Notes under the pieces: generated by a model
What the model saw: the letters and a program-made list of their open reading frames with translations, nothing else
Database searches by the model: none
What the model was told of the DNA's origin: nothing
Translations under genes and position numbers: made by a program
Part shown: positions 38,270 through 49,663 of the stretch, one piece after another
Position numbering within the stretch: the stretch's first letter is position 1
Layout: each line of letters begins with the position of its first letter
Origin: Candidatus Kapaibacterium sp.
GTDB taxonomy: Bacteria; Bacteroidota; Ignavibacteria; Kapaibacteriales; UBA2268
Direction: 5' to 3'
Length of the DNA stretch: 64,000 nucleotides
NCBI GenBank assembly: GCA_963665665.1
Contig: OY762428.1
Location: 4,928,001 to 4,992,000, forward strand

Positions 38270-41200
38270 ATGAGAAAATTTTTTACTACTTTAATTGCAT
38301 TTCTTTTTTTTCTGATTATTACTGTTTCATTCGGACAAAATAGTCCAGATTTTTTTAAAACTATCCCCGTTATTGATGACAGTACGCCTGAATGGGCAAT
38401 GTTGATGTATTCTGACAATCCAAATGTTGCTGAAGTTGAGGACATGTACCGGGCATATTACAGGGATCACGAATTTGTAAAGACCATACACACCCAGAAT
38501 CATAAGTACTGGATAAGACTCGTAGAACCGCTTTTGGATCAAAATGGTTTTATCAGACAAAAAAGCAGTGCTGAGGAAGACTATGAGAATAAAAGACTGA
38601 AAGATAAGTTCAAAAAAAATCAATTATTGAGCATTGAAGGATCGGATAAGGGCTGGGTTGCTATGGGGCCTTTTGAAACTTTTAAAAAAAATACAGATCA
38701 GGCTATCTCGTGGCATAAAAATATCTATTCTATTGATCAGTCAGAATCCAATCCGGATATACTGATATGCGGAACCGAAGCCGGAGGCGTTTATAAAACA
38801 ACTGACAGAGCTGCTATCTGGTTTCTTATATCTAAGGGCGAGGTGTTTTCCGGTGGTAATTCAGCGGTGAAAATCCATCCGACCGACCCTGATAATTTTC
38901 TTGTCGCTTCAAACAAAAGAATTTATCAATCTTTGGATGGCGGTTTAACCTGGGTGGAAAGGCATTTTACAAGTGGAGCAGGGAATGAATTTCAATATTC
39001 TCCATCTGATCATAATATTATTTTCCATACTTCAACATCCGGACTATTCAAATCGACGGACGGCGGAACTACCTGGACTCAGATATATTCGGAAAGCTGC
39101 TGGGACATTGACTTCCATCCTTCTGACTTTTCGGTTGCATATTTATTAAAATCAAATACTACTGCGAAGAGATGCGAATTTTTCCGAAGTGACGACGGTG
39201 GTTCAAGCTGGGAGTTAAAAGACAATGGATACTACATTCCGGCTGATATTGAGAATGCTTCAATTTCGGGCGGCAAAATAGCTGTTACTCCCGCATCGGC
39301 CGACCTTGTTTATGTTTGCCTGATAGGTGCTTCAAAAACTGATGATAATGGCTGGATTGGAGTTTATAAAAGTACTGATAAAGGTGATGCCTGGACTAAT
39401 CCCTCGGGGCAGGACGGCGGGCCTTACGGACCGATAAATGGAAGCGATACTGTATGGAATGTAGCCGCATATAGCAGCGGCTATCACCAGGGATTTTTTA
39501 ATTTCGACCTGGAAGCGAGCCCTACGGATCCGGACAAAATATGGATTGCAACAATAAGATTAACTGAATCAAATGACGGTGGAAAATCTTTTACAGCAAT
39601 AGGTGCTGCAAATTCAGACCGTTTATCTGATTTTCATGCTGATGTTCAGGATATTGAAGTAAACGGTGATGAAATCTGGGTGGCTTCAGATGGCGGAGTA
39701 AATTATTCCAATGATGAATTAAATTCTCATAAGGCATTGAACAAAGGAATTCAGGCGGCACATTTCTGGGGATTCAACACAGGATGGAACGAAGATACTT
39801 TTACAGGCGGCAAATATCACGACGGTACAAGCGGCTGGTATGAGGGATATGGGGTAGGAAATGCATATAATATTGGCGGTGTTGAGGAAGCCTCCGGATA
39901 TGTGCATCCGATAGATAACAGAAAACTATTGTTCAGAGAGCATTATGCAAGTTCGAATACCATTGTATTGACTATTCCGACGATTTTTGGGGATAATGTA
40001 ATAAATCATTCCTCTTTGCCAATCAGGCCGAATGAATCTTATTTGGTAGCCGAGAGAAGCGGTTTATATTTTGATCCGAGATACTCAAACCATATTTATG
40101 TCGGGCTTGAAAACAAAGTATATAAATCTATCGACGGTGGAGTGAATTTCAATGTGATCTATACATTTCCCGATAATGACGGCATGGTATATGAAATGGA
40201 AATTTCACGGAGCAATCCGGATGTAATTTATGCCGTGTATAATCCTACCGGAGGTTATTGGGATCCTTGTGAAATATGGAAAACCACCGATGGAGGAATA
40301 AGCTGGAACAAAACTGCAGGAATTCCGGAAGGAAATAACAGAAGGTTTAGAATAACTATTAACCCGGAAGATGAAGATAATGTCTGGATTTGCACTCCCA
40401 GAGGCGGCAATGCCGGGAAAGTCAGTTCAACCACCGACGGCGGTGATACATGGACAGACAGAACAACTGACGTTTTAGATGGCGAGAACCTCACAGATAT
40501 TTTATACCAGGGCGGAACAAACGACATTGTTTATGTTGGATCGCAAAATGGGGTTTTCTATTGGGACGCAAATACAAGCAATTGGATAGATTACTCCACC
40601 GATCTGCCCCTGATTGCAAAATGCTTACAGATCAATCCATTTTACAGAGACGCTGAATTGCGCCTTGGAACAACCGGAAGAGGCGTTTGGGCAAGAAAGA
40701 TGGCGGATACCATGTTTTCTCCGATTGCCCAGCCGATAACTTATACTGATACTGTTTTTTGTTCAAGGGATACCGTAAAATTCGATTGTTATTCGATATT
40801 GAATCAAAATGAAGCAGAATGGGAATGGTCTTTTACACCTGATCCGTTTTTTATAAGTTCCGGGACGGCTAGAAATCCCAAAGTGGTTTTTGGCGCCGAA
40901 GGTGATTATGATGTAAGTTTAACTGTTACGGACGCAAATGGCAATTCAAGTACAAAAACTATTAAAAGTATGATAACTGTCCGCAACCTTTGCGAGCCGG
41001 ACTCGGTAGCCGGAAATGCTTTGAAAGTATCAGATGACGGGGATTATTTCAGTGCCGGCGATTTGAATTTGTCAAACATTACTCATTTCACTGCTACAGC
41101 CTGGATAAAACCGGCCGGAAAGCAGGACGGATTTGCAGGTATTGTTACAAATGGAGAGTGGTGTGCTCATTGTAATACACCAATCGGGTTGATATTCGAT

Positions 41201-42709
41201 TACTATGGCGATAAATTATATTACAGATGGCCCGATGGCTCAGGTTGGGGGAGTAACAGCGGTATAACGGTTCCATTAAACGAATGGTCCTATGTTGCAA
41301 TGGTTGTTACTCCGGACTCTGTTACACTCTATTTAAACGATCAGCAGTGGGTTTCAGATGTTAGTTTAAGTCCTGTTGACCTACCTGTATTATATATCGG
41401 GAAAGGGCATTATTCTAAATATTTCAGAGGGAATATCGACGAGGTAACAATTTGGAACAGGGCATTATCCCAAAGTGAAATCAGAGATTTGAAACACCTG
41501 ACCAAAAAAGATATTATCAACTCAGAGCCGGGACTGGTAGCATATTATCAATTTAATAAATTATCAGGTTCCGCAATATTTGACAATGGCCGGAGCAATC
41601 ACGGCTGGATTACCGGAATGGCAGCTTTGGAAACATCGACAGCTCCGGTTGGCCCCGGCGTAAGCGAAAGAATGACCATTGATAATTCAGGACCATATTC
41701 TTTTGAAAATACAGGATTGGAAATTGAATTTGGCAGCACTCATCCTGAAGGAGAAATTGTTGTGTCAAGGTTAAATGTATTGCCTGACAGTTTACCAAAT
41801 TCCAACCCTTCTGTCAGGAATTATTGGATAATAAATAACTATGGAACAGTTGATTTCAGTGCAATGCAGAATATCAAATTTAAATCCGGCTGCGGCTTGC
41901 CCATTGGCGATCCTGCCGATGCAATACTGCACGTAAGAAATGAAAATGAGCATTTGAATAGTTGGACCGGACTTTGCAGTGCGCAGGATTATACCGGGAA
42001 TACTTATAACTTTAACGAAAGTTGTAATATAACTAATACAAAACAATTCTTTATCCAGTCCGATAGCCAGTCTGATATTCATAAATGGTTTAAAGTTATA
42101 TATATCGATACAATTATCTGCAAGGATGAAAGTATCTTTTTGGAAGGAAAATGGCAAAGTACAGAAGGTGTTTACACCGACACTATTCCGATTTCAGCAT
42201 CAATTGTAAATGTAAACGTTACAACACTAAAAATAGCGAAGGTTGATACTTCGGTAACTGTTGATTCTCCGACCTTGATTTCCAATGCTAACGATGCATC
42301 ATATCAGTGGATTGATTGCAAAAACATGGAGCCAATATCAGGTGAAACAAATAGAAGTTTTACAGCAAAAACTGATGGTGATTATGCTGTTGAAGTAACA
42401 CAAAACGGCTGTACTGATACTTCTTCATGTCATCAGGTTTTCGTATCAGGTATTATTCAAAATGATTTTGGCAGTGATTTTCGGGTTTTTCCTAATCCTA
42501 CTACGGGTATTATTAATATTGATTTGAGCATTCCTTACCAGTCAATCGAATGTAAGATCTTTAACACAAGCGGACAATTGATGAATACGATAAATAAAAG
42601 CAGCACCAGCCGGATAGACTTTGTAATCGAAGGGCCTGCCGGTTACTATTTGGTGGAAATAAGAACATCATACAACAAGAAGGCGGTATTTAAGATTTTA
42701 AAATATTAG
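38270..42709 (+). CDS. T9SS-secreted protein: BNR/Asp-box (VPS10/GH74-like) propellers, PKD, LamG, CTD
   Basis: Signal peptide; repeated (K/R)(S/T)xDGGxxW Asp-boxes; PKD GDYDVSLTVTD; LamG F.G.IDEVTIWNRALS; CTD VFPNPTTG. Confidence 0.88.
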   Translation: MRKFFTTLIAFLFFLIITVSFGQNSPDFFKTIPVIDDSTPEWAMLMYSDNPNVAEVEDMYRAYYRDHEFVKTIHTQNHKYWIRLVEPLLDQNGFIRQKSSAEEDYENKRLKDKFKKNQLLSIEGSDKGWVAMGPFETFKKNTDQAISWHKNIYSIDQSESNPDILICGTEAGGVYKTTDRAAIWFLISKGEVFSGGNSAVKIHPTDPDNFLVASNKRIYQSLDGGLTWVERHFTSGAGNEFQYSPSDHNIIFHTSTSGLFKSTDGGTTWTQIYSESCWDIDFHPSDFSVAYLLKSNTTAKRCEFFRSDDGGSSWELKDNGYYIPADIENASISGGKIAVTPASADLVYVCLIGASKTDDNGWIGVYKSTDKGDAWTNPSGQDGGPYGPINGSDTVWNVAAYSSGYHQGFFNFDLEASPTDPDKIWIATIRLTESNDGGKSFTAIGAANSDRLSDFHADVQDIEVNGDEIWVASDGGVNYSNDELNSHKALNKGIQAAHFWGFNTGWNEDTFTGGKYHDGTSGWYEGYGVGNAYNIGGVEEASGYVHPIDNRKLLFREHYASSNTIVLTIPTIFGDNVINHSSLPIRPNESYLVAERSGLYFDPRYSNHIYVGLENKVYKSIDGGVNFNVIYTFPDNDGMVYEMEISRSNPDVIYAVYNPTGGYWDPCEIWKTTDGGISWNKTAGIPEGNNRRFRITINPEDEDNVWICTPRGGNAGKVSSTTDGGDTWTDRTTDVLDGENLTDILYQGGTNDIVYVGSQNGVFYWDANTSNWIDYSTDLPLIAKCLQINPFYRDAELRLGTTGRGVWARKMADTMFSPIAQPITYTDTVFCSRDTVKFDCYSILNQNEAEWEWSFTPDPFFISSGTARNPKVVFGAEGDYDVSLTVTDANGNSSTKTIKSMITVRNLCEPDSVAGNALKVSDDGDYFSAGDLNLSNITHFTATAWIKPAGKQDGFAGIVTNGEWCAHCNTPIGLIFDYYGDKLYYRWPDGSGWGSNSGITVPLNEWSYVAMVVTPDSVTLYLNDQQWVSDVSLSPVDLPVLYIGKGHYSKYFRGNIDEVTIWNRALSQSEIRDLKHLTKKDIINSEPGLVAYYQFNKLSGSAIFDNGRSNHGWITGMAALETSTAPVGPGVSERMTIDNSGPYSFENTGLEIEFGSTHPEGEIVVSRLNVLPDSLPNSNPSVRNYWIINNYGTVDFSAMQNIKFKSGCGLPIGDPADAILHVRNENEHLNSWTGLCSAQDYTGNTYNFNESCNITNTKQFFIQSDSQSDIHKWFKVIYIDTIICKDESIFLEGKWQSTEGVYTDTIPISASIVNVNVTTLKIAKVDTSVTVDSPTLISNANDASYQWIDCKNMEPISGETNRSFTAKTDGDYAVEVTQNGCTDTSSCHQVFVSGIIQNDFGSDFRVFPNPTTGIINIDLSIPYQSIECKIFNTSGQLMNTINKSSTSRIDFVIEGPAGYYLVEIRTSYNKKAVFKILKY

Positions 42710-42725
42710 AGTAATTTGGAAAGAG

Positions 42726-42752
42726 AGGCTGTCTGATACAGGCAGCCTTTTT
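42726..42752 (+). terminator. Intrinsic terminator
   Basis: aggctgtctg/caggcagcct stem plus T-run. Confidence 0.75.
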
Positions 42753-43027
42753 GTTGAAGTAGTTTTTTAATAATATTGAAGTGAATGGAAATCGAATAGA
42801 ATGAGTCTGTTTCTCGGAATAAACGTTGGAAATTGCACATAAAGTTATTTGATATATTTTCTAAATATGAATATTATAAATCTATTATACTCAATCAAAC
42901 TGGGACTGAATTTTGATGTTCAGTCCCTTTTCAGGATAAAATAATTATTTGTCTCTCATTTGTCACTGACATTGAGTAGAAAACACTGTAAAATAAGTAT
43001 AACACTTGTTATTGAGATATTCTAATG

Positions 43028-43046
43028 CTATTCCCACTCTATAGTT
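43028..43046 (-). other. Short copy of the guaA terminal codons (att-like scar)
   Basis: ctattcccactctatagtt encodes TIEWE* on the minus strand; 17/19 nt match to 51717-51735; a gggact...agtccc hairpin at 42901-42930 resembles the guaA terminator. Confidence 0.6.
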
Positions 43047-43409
43047 TCTATGATCCACTCATTTTGCAATCTTTGACATATGTTAACATCAAAAATGTAA
43101 TTTCAATGACTTAGCAGATTATTATGAACAATCGTTAATTAATATTGTGCAATGGTTTACATTTCGTGTGAACGTTCACGTTCACTTAAAGTATTCTTAA
43201 TTAACTATTAATGGGATATTACCAGCTTCTTATTAAATACAGCTTTGCTTACAAATCGACCATTATTATTCTAACTAGTCTGAAGAGATTATTAATTCAC
43301 TTTTTTTTATAAAATTTTCCTTAAATTTGAAGTTGGAAAATAACCTTTTTCAACTGGATTTAAGAATGCAATAACCAAATAAAATATTTACAAATTAAAA
43401 TCTAAATTC

Positions 43410-43889
43410 ATGAAAAATATTAAAATTACAAGTAAGCAAAAAAGACTAACCCTTGGTATTAAATTTATTATTGGATTTTATCTCCTAAATATTATCTTTT
43501 GGGTTGTTGGACAAGGAGGATCAGTAATTGCATATGATACCGTAGCACAATGGGGATTGGTGGAAGCAAGAGAAACAGTTGATCCTTTTTGTATTGTTAT
43601 CAATAAGGCAATTGGACTTGCAGATGTAATTATAGCACCTCCAATTTTTATAATTGCTATTATTGGTCTCTGGAAAATGCGATTTTATGGTTTAATGGCT
43701 TCCTTTATGGGTTTTGGAATAGGCTTTTACTGGACAGCCATAGCGTGGGTAAAGCAGATATTCCTAGTTCAAGCAGGTGTAAAATGTGAACCCTTTGATG
43801 TTGGAACACATGGCATGCTTGCATTTGTTTTCCTTTTTTCTTTATGGGGTAGCTGGTATTTGTACAAAAATCGGTTGTATTTTGACTAA
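43410..43889 (+). CDS. Hypothetical four-TM membrane protein
   Basis: 159 aa with four hydrophobic segments. Confidence 0.7.
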   Translation: MKNIKITSKQKRLTLGIKFIIGFYLLNIIFWVVGQGGSVIAYDTVAQWGLVEARETVDPFCIVINKAIGLADVIIAPPIFIIAIIGLWKMRFYGLMASFMGFGIGFYWTAIAWVKQIFLVQAGVKCEPFDVGTHGMLAFVFLFSLWGSWYLYKNRLYFD

Positions 43890-43936
43890 TTTTAAATTTT
43901 CGATTACTAAATTAACTAAGAATTATCGCAACATAT

Positions 43937-44066
43937 GTTCAACACCCAATATACATAAGCTGGGCAATGTGGATAAATTTAGAATTTCTACATTTACTCA
44001 AAATTGTATCGGGTTGATAAGTTTGAAACCCGCAATCGCTTACTTTGCATATACTAACCGTTATGC
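43937..44066 (+). other. Degenerate attC-like palindrome
   Basis: GTTCAAC (RYYYAAC) ... GTTATGC ends with inner tatacataag / ctttgcatata arms, just downstream of a small ORF. Confidence 0.45.
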
Positions 44067-44285
44067 CTTTTTCACACTGTAGAAATGTCAAGGTTATTGA
44101 CTATCTTCCGGAATATTTTCTATTAAATGGACTCTTAAAATAGAAATAATTGATAATAGTTTTAAACTTTTTAGAACAAATAGTAGTCTAAAGACCATAT
44201 TAAACTGATTAAAAACGGATTTTGCATTAGTAAATATATTGATCAACAACAATTTAGATAATTATTAGTATCAGGAGAAAAATAA

Positions 44286-46463
44286 ATGAACTCATTATTT
44301 AGTATATTTTTTCACACTTTATCCACTTATGAGAAAGACAAAGGAATGTTAAAACATACGTCTATCGTATTGAAAAAAAATTTGATTGTAGCTCTTGGAA
44401 TTTTATCATCCATAAGTGCATTTTCTCAATCTGAAACTGTATTAGAACCCGTTGGCAGGTATATTTATCAAAGGTCTGATAGAAATTTTGAAGGAACCGA
44501 TCATATATTAGATGTCAATAGCCTACCAGGAGGCAGAATATTGGCACTAAGTAGCTCGGGAATCGCCATTATAGATGCCGGGACTATGTCGATTCCCGGA
44601 AGCACAGATTACATCACAAGAACGGGACGTGAAGGTGGAGGAGGTCGCGATGTTGCAGTTTATAAGGACACCTTTTTATACATAAATAACCATCAGTCAG
44701 AAAGTAGAATGACTACAACCGGGTTTGGAGTATCCAAGATTACGGAAGAAGGAATAACAGGGATTACAGACATAACAGAGACCGATGTTTTTTTTGAAAA
44801 ATTAAACGTATATGGCGATTTTCTGTTTGCGGCAGCACACAATAAAGGCATTCGAATATACTCACTAACGAACCCTGAAAATCCTACTTTAGTAGGCTCG
44901 CTTTCCGAAGGCTTTACCGATGTTTTTGATGTTGCATTAAGTGGCAACACGCTTTATGTGGCTGATGGCGGAGGTGGATTGAAGCTTGTTGATATTTCGG
45001 ATGTAAGTTCTCCCAAGATTGTTGCCGGAGAAACCACAACAACAGCTATGGGTACAGCTCAAGATATTGAAGCCAGAGATGGTCGGGTGTATGTGGCATG
45101 TGGTGGTGCCGGTATTTGTGTTTATGAAGATGGGGACTTATCATCACGTACAGTATATCCACTAAGCGGGTGTACTGAAGCTCTTTGTTGGATAGGAGAT
45201 TATTTGGCAGCTTCTACCTTTGGCGGAGTATCGGTTTTTGAAGTGGGAGCCAGAACCCTTCTTACCAAAGTTGCTTCTGAAAACACAAGTAGATTTAATC
45301 AAAAAGCATATATTAGAACCTCTTTTGGCGTTGCTGCTACAAATGACAGTACGCTTATGGTTGCTTGTTGGAATTCAGTGGATTGTTATCAAATTAAATC
45401 AATAGCAGAATCAAGTGTGCCGGATATTAGCTGTAGTACACAAAGAATTCGTTTCCCGTCTGCCGGAGGAAGTGAAACACATCATATAATTAATCAAGGA
45501 GGAGGCACATTGATTATAGCTGAAGTATCTGCTTTAACAGGTGACTTTTCAACAACACTTATTCCACAGTCCATAGAGCCTGGAGACACTGTTTATTTTG
45601 ATGTAAAATATACGGAAGGCAATGAATCGGAAGGGCAAACACTATTTATCAGCTCAAACGATCCTGATGAAAACCCACTTCCTATACAAGTGTTTGGCAA
45701 AACATCATCGCTGGATGTCGGTGAAGAAGTTCCGGATTTTACACTGTCCACCATATATACTAATCCCGAAACCGGGGTTTTTTCAGAAGGAGAATTTACG
45801 CTTTCAGAGCAAAAAGGAAAAGTAGTTTGGGTACAGATGTTTGGCACTTGGTGCCCTGCTTGTCCATCTGCTGAAGCTGATATGCAGAATACAATTATTA
45901 AAGAATTTGCAGATAACCCGAATGTAGAAACCTATGTAATGAATGAAAATCAATTTGATAGAGATCCGCTAAATTGGATACAAACATGGACAACAAAATT
46001 CTATCAAAGAGAACCAATGCTGTACGATGCTGACGGCACTGTCGGAGGAGAAATATTCAAGCAACCAAATGTAGGAGGTATGCCTTTCGGTCGTGGGTTT
46101 ATCATCGACCAAGATGGCAAAGTGGCGAAAGCATTTTTCGGTCATAAACCGCAAATGGCTATTGCTACTATTTATGATTTGTTGGATAGTTATACATCCG
46201 TTGAAAGAGCAGAAACAGAAAAATCGGATTTTGTTAACATATTCCCAAATCCCGTAGTCGAAAATTTTAAAATTGAGCTTCCGCAAGAATTAAAAAAAGC
46301 TACTGTTTATATATACAATACTGTGGGTATAGAGAAAAAAAGAGTAGTTGCCTACAATGTTCGGAATATTGATGTTGATTTTGAAGATATGCACCAAGGC
46401 ATCTATTTCATCAGAATATTTGCCGAAGGCCAAGTATTCACATCTAAAGTATGTAAATTCTAG
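44286..46463 (+). CDS. T9SS-secreted LVIVD-repeat propeller + Ig-like + thioredoxin-like (redoxin) fusion
   Basis: LYVADGGGGLKLVDIS repeats; SSNDPDENP Ig-like motif; VPDFTL...GKVVWVQMFGTWCPAC; CTD IFPNPV; start may be ATG ~44346. Confidence 0.8.
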   Translation: MNSLFSIFFHTLSTYEKDKGMLKHTSIVLKKNLIVALGILSSISAFSQSETVLEPVGRYIYQRSDRNFEGTDHILDVNSLPGGRILALSSSGIAIIDAGTMSIPGSTDYITRTGREGGGGRDVAVYKDTFLYINNHQSESRMTTTGFGVSKITEEGITGITDITETDVFFEKLNVYGDFLFAAAHNKGIRIYSLTNPENPTLVGSLSEGFTDVFDVALSGNTLYVADGGGGLKLVDISDVSSPKIVAGETTTTAMGTAQDIEARDGRVYVACGGAGICVYEDGDLSSRTVYPLSGCTEALCWIGDYLAASTFGGVSVFEVGARTLLTKVASENTSRFNQKAYIRTSFGVAATNDSTLMVACWNSVDCYQIKSIAESSVPDISCSTQRIRFPSAGGSETHHIINQGGGTLIIAEVSALTGDFSTTLIPQSIEPGDTVYFDVKYTEGNESEGQTLFISSNDPDENPLPIQVFGKTSSLDVGEEVPDFTLSTIYTNPETGVFSEGEFTLSEQKGKVVWVQMFGTWCPACPSAEADMQNTIIKEFADNPNVETYVMNENQFDRDPLNWIQTWTTKFYQREPMLYDADGTVGGEIFKQPNVGGMPFGRGFIIDQDGKVAKAFFGHKPQMAIATIYDLLDSYTSVERAETEKSDFVNIFPNPVVENFKIELPQELKKATVYIYNTVGIEKKRVVAYNVRNIDVDFEDMHQGIYFIRIFAEGQVFTSKVCKF

Positions 46464-46582
46464 TCAGATAAAGAACTATGCCGACTTAACCATGTTTTTT
46501 GAAGTCGGAAAAGTGATCCGAATTGGTTGTAGAGAAATAAAACTTATTGCCGGAGAATAAAATTATCCTCGATCGATTTTTT

Positions 46583-46612
46583 AAAACCGTCCTTCTTTGA
46601 GGGGTGGTTTTT
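46583..46612. terminator. Probable bidirectional terminator
   Basis: aaaaccgtcctt/gaggggtggtttt stem flanked by A/T runs. Confidence 0.55.
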
Positions 46613-46678
46613 GTATATATGCTTTGTTAAATACTTTTATTCATATGACCCAAATATTAATCAGGATCAAAATTTCTA

Positions 46679-46899
46679 ATTCCCACACAATAGTTACCGG
46701 CGGCTTGCTTGATATATCGTAGGTTACACGGTTAATGCCTCGCACTTCGTTGATTATCCTGTTGGATGTTTTCTCCAGTACTTCCCAAGGGAAGTGGAAG
46801 TATTCGGCCGTCATGCCGTCCACGCTGGTAACGGCGCGCAGGGCGCAGGTGTTCTCGTATGTGCGTTCGTCGCCCATAACGCCGACGGTTTTTACCGGC
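46679..46899 (-). pseudogene. ~220-bp duplicate of the guaA 3' end (att-like direct repeat)
   Basis: Aligns to 51719-51939 at offset 5040 with ~14 mismatches, mostly synonymous; stop codon lost. Confidence 0.92.
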
Positions 46900-48537
46900 G
46901 GCCATTGTAAATGCAAAAGCTATTATCTTTTATTGAATAGTATTGTTTAAAGTCCAGTTGCCTTTAATAGAATAGAAGTGAAATTTCTTCTCTGTAGCTA
47001 TTGATAATATTTCCATTATTTAGAGCATCGACCTTACGAGACGAGATATTTCCGTAAGTAAAAGACTATTTCCTTTTCAAAGAGAATATAAAAAACCGTT
47101 CAACTGATTAAACCTTTTAATGTTTCATTTGTCTAATATAATTGAATTGAATTGAATTTATAAGTAGTTTAGATAACAACTGTAAATTACTGATTATTTT
47201 GTAATACATAATGGGGATCGTAACAAAGAAAAAGCATTATGGCATATTGATAAAAATATTAATGAATTTCTTACAATCTTGGAGATCTTATGATCAAATA
47301 TCTACTTCTTTCTCTATTAGTTATTCAGATAACTACCAATGCGCTGACAGCTCAGAAAATGGTAAGTACTGATCCTCAGCTCAGAAATGTGGTCATTGAA
47401 GAATTTACAGGAATTCATTGCGGAAATTGTCCAAAAGGTCATAAAATTTCGCATGAACTTGTCAATCAGTATCCCGGGGATGTCTTTTCTGTTAATATTC
47501 ATGCAGGTGGTTTCGCAACCCCTTCAACCGGTGAACCTGATTTTCGAACAGATGAGGGTGATGCTATTTTGATAAAGTCTGAAGCAGCCTTTTTTCCTTC
47601 AGCATCAATTAATCGAACTACTTCTCCATGGGCGCTGACTATTGACAGCATAAAGGGTATTACAAGCAGAATCATGCAGGAAATATCTCCTGTTAATGTT
47701 GCTGTCAAAAGCATTGTGGATGCAAAAACAAGAATACTAACAACTGAAGTTGAGTATTACTATACTTCAGAAAGTCCTAAATCTGTGAATTATTTAACTG
47801 TATTTTTAATACAGAATAATATTCTAGGGCCTCAGTCAGATTATGGTGACTACTACCCAGAAAACTGGGAGGATGGACTTTATAAACACAATCACGTGCT
47901 TCGGATGGCACTAACTACAGGTGATTTATTCAGGGATCCCATCAATACAACGACAAAAGGTGCTTTTGAGAAAAGGACTTATGAGGTAACTCTTCCTGAA
48001 AGCATAAAAGGTGTTAATTTAAGATTATATGATTGTGAAGTTATTGCATTTGTTTCTGAAGATACTGGAAATATTTATTCAGCAGCTGGAACTGAAGTTG
48101 AATTTACAGATCCACTCGAAGAAATTAGCACCGATTTGGAGCTATCAAACAAAACTGAGTTCCCAACTAGATATTGTTTTACTTCAATTCATCCAATAGT
48201 AGATGTTACTAACAACTCTGATAAAGTAGTTAAAAGTTTCGATCTAAAAGTCACTTTAGATGGGCAAGACTATGTACAAACATTTGAAGGTTCATTAGAT
48301 AAAGATCAAACCACTACAATTGACTGGGGCGAAATCGAATTTATGGCAGAGGGAACATATACCATCAAAATTGAAGGATTTTCAAATATTAATGACAATG
48401 AATTGATTGACGTTAATGATGCAAATAATATGGTCGAACACACTGGAGTAGGTGTCAAAGTGAACGGCTTCCTTTAAAAAAAACAGCGATTTAAGGTGAA
48501 ATAATCTTAACTTGCAAAAAATCAAAAGGAGCATCAA

Positions 48538-48825
48538 ATGGCAAACAAACGAAGAAATTACAGTTCAAAATTCAAAATGCAGGTAGCCCTGGAGGCAGTC
48601 CAAGAGAGAAAAACAATAACCGAGCTGGCATCGGAGTACGGGGTTCATCCAAACCAGATAAGCATGTGGAAAAAGCATTTAAAAGAAAGTGAAAAGGAAG
48701 TATTTGAAAACAAGCGTGGGCCAGGGAAGAATAAAAAAGAAAAAGACGAATCAGTATTATATGAAGAAATAGGCCGGCTAAAAATTGAATTAGACTGGTT
48801 AAAAAAAAAATTGGGCCGTGAGTAA
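48538..48825 (+). CDS. IS3 transposase OrfA (HTH)
   Basis: RRNYSSKFKMQVALE...LASEYGVHPNQISMWK...ELDWLKKK. Confidence 0.92.
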   Translation: MANKRRNYSSKFKMQVALEAVQERKTITELASEYGVHPNQISMWKKHLKESEKEVFENKRGPGKNKKEKDESVLYEEIGRLKIELDWLKKKLGRE

Positions 48826-49663
48826 AGAAGAACGCAGGAAGATGGTAGATGCTGATAATAAAGAAATTAGCATAAGCCGGCAGTGCGAGCTTTTGGGTAT
48901 TAGCAGGAGCTGTTATTATTACAAACCCAAGGGTGAAAGTGAAGCAAATATTCTATATATGAAGCTGATCAAAGAACAATTCGCGATTACTCCATTTTAT
49001 GGAGCCAGAAAAATGACAGCACACTTACGTTCTTTGGGATACCATGTTAACTATAAACGAATCAGGCGATTAATGAAATTATTGGGACTTCGGGCAATAT
49101 ATCCCCAACCGGACACGAGCAAACCGAACAAGGAGCACAAAATTTATCCATACCTGTTGAGGGATATGAAAATAAGTCGTCCGGATCAGGTTTGGAGCCT
49201 GGATATAACATATATTCCGATGCGTAAAGGATTTATGTATCTTATAGCAATTATAGATGTTTATAGCAGGTATATCGTCGACTGGGAATTATCGAATAAC
49301 CTTGAGAAGGAGTTCTGCATAGATACAATAAAAAGGTCTTTGAAAACCAGTAAACCGGAAATAACAAACACGGATCAGGGCAGTCAGTTCACGAGCAATG
49401 ATTTTGTGAAAACGATTCTGGATGCTGATGTTAAGGTAAGCATGGACGGCAAGGGCCGCGCCTTGGACAATGTTTACATAGAACGCTTCTGGCGGAGCTT
49501 TAAATACGAAGACCTGTATCTGAAGTCTTACGAAGACGGAAAAGAGCTCTATGGCGGTATAAAGGCTTATGTCGATTGGTATAACAACACGAGGCCGCAC
49601 GCAGGAATTGAATACCAGATTCCGGCTGAAAAATATATGAACGAACAGCGGTTCGTTAATTGA
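48818..49663 (+). CDS. IS3 transposase OrfB (rve/DDE)
   Basis: WSLDITYI, NTDQGSQF, DNVYIERFWRSFKYE, YNNTRPH. Confidence 0.94.
   Translation: MSKEERRKMVDADNKEISISRQCELLGISRSCYYYKPKGESEANILYMKLIKEQFAITPFYGARKMTAHLRSLGYHVNYKRIRRLMKLLGLRAIYPQPDTSKPNKEHKIYPYLLRDMKISRPDQVWSLDITYIPMRKGFMYLIAIIDVYSRYIVDWELSNNLEKEFCIDTIKRSLKTSKPEITNTDQGSQFTSNDFVKTILDADVKVSMDGKGRALDNVYIERFWRSFKYEDLYLKSYEDGKELYGGIKAYVDWYNNTRPHAGIEYQIPAEKYMNEQRFVN

Noticed and set aside
41155-41180. WCAHC in the large T9SS protein as a heme c site
   Set aside because: The sequence is CAHCN, not CxxCH, and lies in a LamG-like region
46641-46916. 91-aa ORF as a second functional GMP synthase
   Set aside because: Only the last ~73 codons of guaA with unrelated ends; treated as an att-like scar
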